Source of the DNA: Craspedostauros australis
Lineage: Eukaryota
Assembly (NCBI GenBank): GCA_030167865.1
Contig: JALAGF010004429.1
Coordinates: 117,043 to 137,042, forward strand
Reading direction: 5' to 3'
Length of the DNA stretch: 20,000 bases
The notes under the pieces are model-generated. The model did not search any database. It had not been told where the DNA came from and worked only from the letters and a program-made list of their open reading frames with translations. Below, piece after piece: positions 10,601 through 18,692 of this stretch; within the stretch, counting starts at the first letter, position 1; each line of letters starts with the position of its first letter. The translations under genes were made by a program, and so were the position numbers.

Positions 10601-11178
10601 GGGCATGCCAACCAACAACATCTGCCAGTATGGTATTATACTTACTTGAGGATGGAAGAATACACCAGATCCCCTCCATTGGAACGGGTCATCATGATGA
10701 GCGCCCGCTCTCCACGACGACCGACATCGTACCGAGTCTTCGCGACGGTGTGGCTGGGCAGGTAGCGGCGCACGTGGCCATGCAAGCGCACACCAGACTG
10801 CAGCTGCATGCTGAAGGTGTACTGCTGGAACACGGTGGATTGCATGGCGTACATGCTGTACCGATTGATGGCCTGGTTGCGCGGGACGTTGGCAGCGACG
10901 GCATCATCAAATTCTGGGAACGCAAACCTTGCAATACGAGACATGTTGGAGGTGAGCTCCTTTTCCATTGCCGGTGACGATGTGGGTCCACCCAGGATGA
11001 CTGGGGGAGCGCATGCCGTCGATCCCAGAGGATGCGGTAGGTCCAGGAATAGATCGAATAGCGGAGTCACATTGTGCTGCTGCGGCTGCTGTTGTTGTTG
11101 TGGCTGTGGTGATGGTTGCACCTGCTGCTGCTGCGGCTGCTGCTGCGGCTGCTGAGCCTGTTGGTAGTTAGCGGACAT
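7668..11178 (-). CDS. DENN-domain (uDENN/cDENN/dDENN) Rab-GEF-like protein fused to an ENTH domain and an NPF/DPF tail; complement(join(7668..8330,8566..10426,10646..11178)), 1018 aa
   Basis: uDENN: RIARFAFPE, YTFSMQLQSGVRLHGHVRRYL. cDENN: ALLSERRVLLMS...[27 protein letters not shown]. dDENN: FTSFFLSMYGDMRWYL...FCQTQMLEQFANAR. ENTH: LTSN...VMSVIWVRMRDSKGLHWKHGYQALQILRNLLYHG...IRHAASQVYNLLVD. Two GTAAGT...CAG introns give a continuous frame (533+1861+663 = 3057 nt). Confidence 0.88.
8331..8565 (-). other. Intron 2 of DENN-ENTH gene (235 nt, phase 0)
   Basis: Donor CAT|GTAAGT; acceptor CTCCTTCTCCAACCACAG|TAC. Links the ENTH exon in frame to the NPF-tail ORF. Confidence 0.82.
10427..10645 (-). 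other. Intron 1 of DENN-ENTH gene (219 nt, phase 2)
   Basis: Donor AA|GTAAGT; polypyrimidine tract and acceptor CTTCTCTTGCGCAG|A. Spliced frame reads YSSILK-TLDAISS. Confidence 0.88.
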
Positions 11179-11320
11179 GGTGGCTGGTGGTTGATCGTTG
11201 CTGTTCCTGCGCCTGACGAAAGTATGTGCTCCTCTTGATTGTGTTTATCCTCTTTCGGCCTGTCCTGTCCTGGCCTGTCCTGTCTGTGCCTCCAAACCGG
11301 TCACTGCCACCTTCGGCGTT

Positions 11321-11483
11321 CTGAGGAAAGATAGCGAAGAAAGGGTTCGACCAGAAGTCTCTTGGTTGACGCTCCTTGCTGTCCAACAACACAACGAAGA
11401 TCGAGGCTGCTGCTATCGCTTGGCTTGACTTGGAGTTGACTTGATGATCTCTTCGTATGTATTATACGAGTATGGTATTATAC
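11321..11483 (-). other. Candidate 5'-UTR intron of DENN-ENTH gene (163 nt)
   Basis: CAG|GTATAA at 11483 and a strong pyrimidine tract CCCTTTCTTCGCTATCTTTCCTCAG ending at 11321. Size matches the COQ4 intron. No transcript evidence. Confidence 0.35.
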
Positions 11484-12231
11484 CTGTACGGGTATCACCC
11501 ACCTATCACCTCTCTGCATGTATAGTAGACAGGAGAAGAGTAGGAACAGAGCACACGCAGGCGGAATGACAACGCGATGCAGAGGCGCTGTACAAGATGT
11601 GGTCTCTGTTGGCGGCGCCTCTCTTCCCTCCCTCGTCGCAGCGAGATGCCTCCTTCTTGTGTGATTGTTGCGTGTCGGATTCGACTCTTGTTTTTGTGCG
11701 TGCTCCATGCGTGTTGTGTGTTTGTGCGATCTCCCTCTGTTGGCGGCAGATCCAGGGGTTGTTCTCCATTTTTGGCGACTGACCCATCCGAATCCAAATC
11801 GTGTGCGTTGAGAATGACTTTTGATCAAATTGGGTCGTCGGCGAGAGATTATCGACTAAGTCGATTGATTGGCCCACAAACAACACGCAAACAACACGAT
11901 TCCGCGAGGCTGAACAACAACAAGCGGCGTGTTGGAGGCAGCGTGGGCACGCGAATGGTGTGCACAACAAAGAAGCGCGATGGCTCACGCGTTGAGTTTG
12001 GGTGAGAAAGAGAGCGGAAACGAGAAGAGCCAACACAAAGAAAAGGAATGAGACGAGCAGCTGCGGACACAGAGAGGTCGCCAAATTCGCCGATTGGAAA
12101 CCTGATCCGAGGTCGGCACCATCGTCTCTACTCGTAGATCCAGAGAAAGCGCAGCACGAATGCGAACAGGAGATAAGAAGAGTCGGAGGTAGACGAGCAT
12201 AGCATCACACTCCCAGCACTCTGTCATCACC

Positions 12232-12263
12232 GCATTAACACTCGCATTAACACTAGCATTAGC
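12232..12263 (+). repeat. 12-bp tandem repeat GCATTAACACT(C/A), ~2.6 copies, upstream of the FEX-like gene
   Basis: gcattaacactc gcattaacacta gcattagc read directly. Confidence 0.8.
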
Positions 12264-12436
12264 AATCTCATTCCACGCTGCGGGTGCCAACCGAACGGCT
12301 TCCGCTTGGATGGTGTTGCTGCCGTTGGAGGATCCGTTGAGGAGACAGCTGGGACAAGAGACTCTCCATACCCATAGTGGGAGCAGCAGAGCTTTCACCC
12401 AATCGCACAGGCTACCAAGACGAGCAGTGCCCTACC

Positions 12437-15400
12437 ATGACAACGCCTTCGGGTGCGACGGACGGTGATGGTGGTGACGCAGCGATCCGCCACAGTCCCA
12501 TCCACGCTGCGCAACAAGACTCACCGGCCTCGGATTCCTCGATGCAGGAATCCACGATGGCCCATCGTGCCATCCACGCCAATGCGTCTGTAGCTACTGC
12601 TGCTACAAGTGCTGCCAATGCAGATGCAGATGCAGCTGCTGCTGAAAGTGAGACGAATATCCACATGAATGATAATCGTGAAGGCAGTGCAAATGATAGC
12701 AACAGGAAGCAATATCTTTCCAGCGCTTCACACCAAGAAGCAGCGACATCAGCACTTCCACAGAGGCGACAACACAAGCAGCAACAACAACAACAGCGAC
12801 AGCAAGGCTCATCGTATGAGCAACGAAAGCAGCAGCTGCTGGGAGGGGGGCCGTCAAACATGAACGCACCTGCGAGACGCAATATACAGGCCAGTACGAC
12901 GATGCCAGCTCAGTTCAACTCAGAAGCTCATCAAACGCAGAACCGCAGACACAGAGAGCATACCAATAATGACCATGGTCAACATGCCATCAATGTGCAA
13001 GGCGAACGTGTTTCATCACAAGAAAATGCGCATCATAACCATCACGCTGATCATACGCTTGCAGAAGAAGCGTGGGCTGACTTCACCGGTGTACTTGAGG
13101 AATCGATCGCCAAGCCAGGTCGCAAAGCATTGCATGACTTCTTCTATCCTCAGCGTGCCGGCTTGCACCCCAGCCGTCCAAACAGAGGCCAACCTGGAGG
13201 TGACAGTCCTGGTGCTGCGCCGCCACACGCCCCGGATGAACGGCGGAGCTCGAACAATGTCAGCGGCCCACAAACACCTGTGGATGCACAAAGCGCTCCG
13301 TCCAATCAGTTTCAGCAGATGAGTCCAGAGCCGCCCTCTCACACTGCAGAGACACCCACTCGAGCAAATCGCCGACAAGGTCATATGAACCGTGCCAATG
13401 GCAACGCCAATGGTCATAATGCCATCGGTTCTGCCAACGGTCGTACTAGGATGAATGGCAGTAACCACGGAACGATACAGCGCAGTGACAGCAACGATAC
13501 AGCTGCCTCCTCGTCGTCATCGTTGGCACACCAGCACGACAAACAATCCATGACTTCTGCACCCGCCAACCGCGGTGTGCCACAGACCCCTCTGTCGATG
13601 CGTTCAACGCAGTCAACCCCAGCATCACAACCCCATTCGAGGCAACGGCGGCGGCATGGGCGTCCCAAGAGGCGCAGGCGTCCACCGCAGCGAACGCCGT
13701 CGCAGGAACAGCATGAGAGGGCTTTGAGGTTGCAGCAGAAGGAGGACATGGAGTACGTCGAAAGCTTCTGGACAGCCTACGACGAGTTTCTCATCCTCAG
13801 CCTCTTCACGCAGGTCGGTATCCTCTGCCGTCTCGCAGCAGCCTACTGGTTCCGTTTCTTCGATTCAGTCTTTCGGGTGGACAGCGCCCTCTTTGTCAAC
13901 CTCCCCTTGAATTGCCTTTCTTGCTTCGTTGTCGGGTTGCTGGGAAGCGGCGAGAACCTCATGGAGATCGTCACGACCAGGTTCACCCCACCGCGCTTGC
14001 AGCAAGAAGTGCAGCAACAGCAAATGTCACTAGCCTCGATCGAACAGCAGGAGGTCATGATGGAGGAGCTGGATTATTGGGATGCTCTGGTGGACACGAG
14101 TATCAATAACAACAGCGATGGCAGCAGCAGTGGCGGCGGAGGCAGTAGGGCTCGATCAGGGCAACGTGAGCACAGGCAGCGAAGGCATGATTCTATCGGT
14201 TCGCATGACAGCCTGTTCTCGCCAGGGATGAGGCGCAGAAGGAACAAACGGTCGAAAGCGAGGAATGGAGCACAAAGCACACCCAACGCACCAGGTCGTT
14301 GGCAACCCCCAGGGACGCAGCAGAATCTGCAAATTGAGCTCAGAGAAGTGCAGCTTCTGGCACTGGAACGCAGAATACGAATGTCGCCCTGCCTGTTGCT
14401 GTTTCCCGTCAAGAAGGAGGATGTAGACGTGGTCGAGAACTACACCAACGATGGACAACAGCGGAACAGCAGGCATGGCCCCGCAGGTGAATCATCGCCT
14501 ATGTATGCTTCACGACGAATGGAATCGATGGATGTGGAAAGCAACAGTGTGGTTGCCAGCTACAGCAGCAATGGAAACGGCATTGCCAATATGATTTCTC
14601 AAGGATCGGCTCTTCAAGACGAAGCAGATGAAGGGATTGCGCTGGATGGAGATGGGTTCGATGATCTCATCTTCGAAGAGGAAGGGCCCATGGACGTCCC
14701 TTCACCAGCGTCTGCGTCCATGCCTGCGAGTCCATCTGCGCCTACGCTCACACCAACGTCGCACTTACCGACAACACCAACCTCTGTGTCAACACATGGC
14801 ACACCAGCGAACGGTGCACAAACAACCCGCGTTCTCTCCCCTGCCGAAGCTGCAGTTGCCTCCATCGCCGCCAGAGATGCGATTCGGAAATCAAGGAGTG
14901 AAAATGACATAAATCAGGACAGGCACAGGCAACTATCGGTGAACACGCAATCTGATGACAATTCCGGGCTTCCGATGAACCAAGCGTCAGGTGATTCCAC
15001 ACCCAATGGTCATCACCAGCCGATGCCCATGCAAGCAGTCACGAATGATCGATTATCTCCGCAGCCAAGCGCGGCAGGGCACCGACCGACTTTGCAAACG
15101 CAGCATCATCAAACAATTCCGATGAATCGGCAGCGATCAAACGCTTCAGCAGGCAGCGAAGGCCAGGGGATGCTCCACGCACACACGACGCCTCACAACA
15201 CGAACCTGGCATATGCAAGAGCACCCGGCGGCAACGTGATCGATTATGGCCAAGCACAACACACGGACATCGACATTCTCATTGGCAACATCGCCAGTCG
15301 GATATCGAAGAAGCTGGCCAGGATGAGCCGCGTCAGCCTTGCGAACGGATGGGATGTGGGAACGTCGCCTGAAGAAAAGAGCGAAGATCTGATGCTGGGT

Positions 15401-16312
15401 CTGAGGGTTGGCCTGTGCGGTGCCCTGAGTTCATTCTCATCGTGGCTCTCCTCCATGGTGCAATTGCTGAAGGCGGGAGAGCTTGGCAAGGCGATTGTGG
15501 GACTCAGCCTGGGCATCCAGCTCCCCATCGTATCGTACCGATTCGGGCAGCATGTTGCCGTGTACATCTTCATCTGGCGATGCCGACGAGAGACCAGACG
15601 CGACGAACGCCGAGGTTACGGTATCCGCCTCAGCATGGATGACGAATCCGACTTCGAAGATGACAACAGCAGCTCTTACGGAGCATCTCTCGATGACCCT
15701 CTCCCGTCGCACAGGACACGCCAATCGAGAACGAAGGGACGCAGAACGATCCACGAAGAGGAAGACAACGCGGAGACGCCATCGGTGCGTGCGATCATCA
15801 CTGCGCTCTTCATCCTTGCATTCGTCGCCCAGCTGACCGCTCTCAACTTCTTCCGCAGCACGGATGCACGGCTGTTGGCACTCAGCCTCTTCTTCTCGCC
15901 GTTGGGTGTGATCACGCGATGGCGACTATCCAAGCTGAACATGTGGAGACCCAACTTTCCCATCGGAACGTTCACCTGTAACATTCTGGCATGCGCATTG
16001 TCGGGAAGTTTGGGAAGCATCCTGGCTGGCAACCCTGATCCGAGAGAACGTACTGTGCTGGTGAGCGTGATTGCCGGGTTCGGAGGAACGCTGAGCTCTG
16101 TGGCGCGATTCATCGTGGAGATCCTGGAAGGCAACGATCCGGTTCTGTTCCGTCTGGATGGCATGTACTACGCCGTGAGCTCTGTATTTTGGGGGTGCGT
16201 CGTCAGTTTCGTGTTCCGGGCATCCGTGGATTGGGTGGAAAGTGTGGGCCAGCCAGCAGCAGAAGCGGCCGCAGCTGCTGCCGCTGCTGCGTCGGCCGAC
16301 GGAGACGCGTAG
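12437..16312 (+). CDS. FEX: Fluoride export protein (FEX; two CrcB/Fluc repeats) with very long low-complexity extensions, 1291 aa
   Basis: Repeat 1: TM1 LSLFTQVGILCRL, TM2 ALFVNLPLNCLSCFVVGLL, TM3 LGLRVGLCGALSSFSSW, TM4 AIVGLSLGIQLPIVSYRFG. Linker helix AIITALFILAFVAQL. Repeat 2: FSPLGVITRWRLSKLN, FPIGTFTCNILACALSG, AGFGGTLSSVARFIVE, YYAVSSVFWGCVVSFVF. Uninterrupted ORF; first ATG at 12437. Confidence 0.85.
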   Translation: MTTPSGATDGDGGDAAIRHSPIHAAQQDSPASDSSMQESTMAHRAIHANASVATAATSAANADADAAAAESETNIHMNDNREGSANDSNRKQYLSSASHQEAATSALPQRRQHKQQQQQQRQQGSSYEQRKQQLLGGGPSNMNAPARRNIQASTTMPAQFNSEAHQTQNRRHREHTNNDHGQHAINVQGERVSSQENAHHNHHADHTLAEEAWADFTGVLEESIAKPGRKALHDFFYPQRAGLHPSRPNRGQPGGDSPGAAPPHAPDERRSSNNVSGPQTPVDAQSAPSNQFQQMSPEPPSHTAETPTRANRRQGHMNRANGNANGHNAIGSANGRTRMNGSNHGTIQRSDSNDTAASSSSSLAHQHDKQSMTSAPANRGVPQTPLSMRSTQSTPASQPHSRQRRRHGRPKRRRRPPQRTPSQEQHERALRLQQKEDMEYVESFWTAYDEFLILSLFTQVGILCRLAAAYWFRFFDSVFRVDSALFVNLPLNCLSCFVVGLLGSGENLMEIVTTRFTPPRLQQEVQQQQMSLASIEQQEVMMEELDYWDALVDTSINNNSDGSSSGGGGSRARSGQREHRQRRHDSIGSHDSLFSPGMRRRRNKRSKARNGAQSTPNAPGRWQPPGTQQNLQIELREVQLLALERRIRMSPCLLLFPVKKEDVDVVENYTNDGQQRNSRHGPAGESSPMYASRRMESMDVESNSVVASYSSNGNGIANMISQGSALQDEADEGIALDGDGFDDLIFEEEGPMDVPSPASASMPASPSAPTLTPTSHLPTTPTSVSTHGTPANGAQTTRVLSPAEAAVASIAARDAIRKSRSENDINQDRHRQLSVNTQSDDNSGLPMNQASGDSTPNGHHQPMPMQAVTNDRLSPQPSAAGHRPTLQTQHHQTIPMNRQRSNASAGSEGQGMLHAHTTPHNTNLAYARAPGGNVIDYGQAQHTDIDILIGNIASRISKKLARMSRVSLANGWDVGTSPEEKSEDLMLGLRVGLCGALSSFSSWLSSMVQLLKAGELGKAIVGLSLGIQLPIVSYRFGQHVAVYIFIWRCRRETRRDERRGYGIRLSMDDESDFEDDNSSSYGASLDDPLPSHRTRQSRTKGRRTIHEEEDNAETPSVRAIITALFILAFVAQLTALNFFRSTDARLLALSLFFSPLGVITRWRLSKLNMWRPNFPIGTFTCNILACALSGSLGSILAGNPDPRERTVLVSVIAGFGGTLSSVARFIVEILEGNDPVLFRLDGMYYAVSSVFWGCVVSFVFRASVDWVESVGQPAAEAAAAAAAAASADGDA

Positions 16313-16871
16313 ACTGGGCAGGCATGGATTGGAATAGTATCGTTCCAGTTCGTACGCGCCCGATGATGATGCATCATCAGCACCTCTTGAAGGACGAACG
16401 ATGGAATTGATGAAGCACAATTCTGGCGCTAGATGATGCTCGCAAAAGTACTGGCACTAGTACGTACGGCGTGTATCTCAAACAGATTAGAACAGTATTA
16501 CAATCAGCAAAGAGCTACTCCTCATATGAGTGAAATAGCATCACGCCGTCAAGGCAGAATGGAGTAGATGATGTCCAACGTGTTGTGCGCATTTCCCGAC
16601 TTCTACAAGAACACATGCAAAAGTCTTGAATGGACAAAGGACGATCCGCACATCCACTCAACTCCTACAACGAATACTGGAAGTATTGAGCTGCTACCCA
16701 TTGAATTCGACAAACCTGAGGTGTGTTGCAAGTTGCATTACTCTGAGCCATTACTGTGGTTGGAGCTTGAAACACATGCATGTCACGGGCGCGGCAAGTT
16801 TTGTGGAAAGGCGGCAGAGCCCTGATTTGGTCACATCGAGAGTGATTTACTCTGCCTCACGCACGAGCTGT

Positions 16872-18325
16872 TCACTGGGTCTTCTTGGCCTCGAGCAGAC
16901 GCGAGAAGTAGAAGTTGGTGGCGGTCATGTCATTTCTCTGGACCTCGAATCCTGCCTTCTTGAGAGTATCCACGACGAACTCCTCGTCGTGAAGGTAGGC
17001 GCGGGTGGTCTTGGAGGGTCCTGGGAACATCTCTCCGACCTTCTTGAGGAAGACGTAGAACCATGTCTTTGGTGCGAAGGAGATGATGACGCGGTCCTCG
17101 GCGAGGTCGCAAAGGTGTCCGATCATCTCCGCCATCTTCTCACTTGGGTAGTGGATGGCAACATCGACGCAAGTGACGGTGTTGTACTTTCCGGAGACGG
17201 ATTCCAAGTCGGAGGTGTAGAATTCGGCATCGATGCCCAATTCCTCGGCACGTCGTGCGGCCTCGTTGGCCATGGAGTCCGAGATGTCGCTGGCGGAGAT
17301 CTTGGCACCTGTCATTGTGAAAAGATTGAACGTCACGTCGTATGACAGCATGGATTGTTGAAATGTTTTTCATTCAGCCATTCGTTCGTTCGTTCGTTCG
17401 TTCATCCATCCATCCATTGAATTCATTAGTTTTTGTTGTTTGAGTGTATTGTGTCCCCATCGGCGTAGTCGTTTCCAATTTTAGATTGTGATCCATTTGT
17501 CAGCCAGAAATGATCGTTGATGTGACCGTTACGTTGAGATGATGTGTTCGTCCACATGAATGCATCGCCATGAATCGGATCGATTATTGGATCGATGGTT
17601 GGATGCATCCGATTGTTTCCAACATGAGAGTGGCATTACCCGTTGATTCAAGATGGTAATGAAAGTATGTCGAAATTCAGTCCAGGAAACAATGGCAGAG
17701 TGGAGCACACGCAAAAAGATTCATGATGTGAGATGAAGACAAGTTGGCAAAGGAAGTCATTGTTTTCTCCATGCCACTTCTAAATATTTGTGAGGCAACA
17801 GCTGCAGATGCGAGGTTCGTGCATTGCAGCTCAGTTTGTATCTTATTGTGACGCTCCGAAGACACTCGTGGGTAGATGTGCCAAGCGAAAGAGTGGATTC
17901 TCTGCAAGTTGCACAAGCAAGCGAACGAAGCACCCGCTGGTTGGTTACTTGACGAACTCACCCATCTGTGCCAGAGGGATGGCGAGGCTGCCAACACCGC
18001 ATCCGCAGTCGCAGACGGATTTTCCGGCGATGTCGTTGTCGTCCACAATCCAGTTGAGGATCTTCTGAATGGTCTGGTCGTGACCTGTGCGGATGTCCAT
18101 CTGGACGGAGTTGATCTCATCGGATTCGGAGTAAATCTTGTTCCATCGGTTGAAACCCTCGGTGTTGAAGTACTCGCGGACCTCGGTCTTGTCATCCGCG
18201 GCGGATGCCAGCTGCATCACATCGGCTGGGGCTGCGACTCTGCCATTGGTGTTGCTGTTGGCGAGTGGAGCGAAGGCGGAGGCGCCAGAAAGGAGAAGGA
18301 GGGAGATTGCGCAAGCTTGCTTCAT
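16872..18325 (-). CDS. CHLM: Magnesium-protoporphyrin IX O-methyltransferase, plastid-targeted; complement(join(16872..17308,17962..18325)), 266 aa
   Basis: ChlM motifs EVREYFNTEGFNRWNKIY, VQMDIRTGH, SAM-binding VCDCGCGVGSLAIPLAQMG-AKISASDIS, TCVDVAIHYP, ISFAPKT, KTTRAYLH, FYFSRLLEA. A phase-1 intron reconstitutes GGT (Gly). Confidence 0.97.
17309..17961 (-). other. GT-AG intron of CHLM (653 nt, phase 1)
   Basis: Donor G|GTGAGT; acceptor TCTTTTCACAATGACAG|GT. Required to join AQMG to AKISASDIS. Confidence 0.9.
17381..17415. repeat. Compound microsatellite (TTCG)5-TTC-(ATCC)3 in the CHLM intron
   Basis: Read directly. Confidence 0.9.
18266..18325 (-). other. Bipartite plastid-targeting presequence (signal peptide + ASA|FAP cleavage motif)
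   Basis: MKQACAISLLLLSGASAFAP contains the exact ASAFAP motif typical of diatom/ochrophyte plastid proteins. Confidence 0.92.
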
Positions 18326-18531
18326 CGTGATAGTTCGAGCTGAAATAGAGTGGAGCGCAGAGTAGAGGAGAGGAGAGCGAGAGTATCTGCTTGGGCTATG
18401 ATCAATCAGGAGGTTTGCTGGGGAGGAAGGTGAGGCGATGGCTTTCCAAGAGAGACAGAGAGAAAGACACAACCAACACATGGACACACACAAACAAACC
18501 GGACGCAACCAAGAAAGGGAGGAAGAGTGTT

Positions 18532-18692
18532 ACGAGCCCCTCGAGTGAGTCGACCAACACTTTGAAATGGACCTCTTGGATTTTGTCTCCGTTGTCCAAA
18601 CCAAGCACATATGAGCCCGATCAGTGAGTCGACCTGCACTCCGTTATTGGCCTCCAGAAATTTTAGCTTGGATATCCCAACCAAGCACATAT
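18532..18692. repeat. Degenerate ~80-bp tandem duplication upstream of CHLM
   Basis: AGTGAGTCGACC at 18544 and 18623; AACCAAGCACATAT at 18599 and 18679. GAGCCC, CACT, CCTC and ATTTT blocks lie in the same order in both units. Confidence 0.85.

Noticed and set aside
9410..10765. 451-aa plus-strand ORF
   Set aside because: It is antisense to the well-supported DENN exons, with the S/R/M-rich composition typical of a shadow frame.
11478..12398. Several 100-190 aa ORFs in the DENN/FEX spacer
   Set aside because: Most have non-ATG starts, their composition comes from simple GA/GT-rich promoter or UTR sequence, and they show no motifs.
12290..12436. Possible fluoride (crcB) riboswitch upstream of the FEX-like gene (GGATGGTGTT at ~12308)
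   Set aside because: There is no P1 pairing partner or downstream (U/A)GAUG-ACACC-type pseudoknot strand, and this riboswitch class is known from prokaryotes.
17309..17961. Box C/D snoRNA in the CHLM intron
   Set aside because: Several sense-strand CTGA (D-box-like) 4-mers exist but no RTGATGA C box, so it cannot be called.
329..18325. Functional gene cluster interpretation of the six genes
   Set aside because: The products act in unrelated compartments and pathways (mitochondrion, peroxisome, nucleus, vesicle coat, membrane transport, plastid), and nothing in the sequence links them.
16626..18343. Plus-strand ORFs of 239 aa (16626-17345) and 155 aa (17876-18343)
   Set aside because: Both are antisense shadows of the two CHLM exons.
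18532..18692. CRISPR-like repeat-spacer interpretation of the regularly spaced blocks
   Set aside because: There are only two units, the intervening sequences are themselves alignable, the context is eukaryotic and no cas genes are present.
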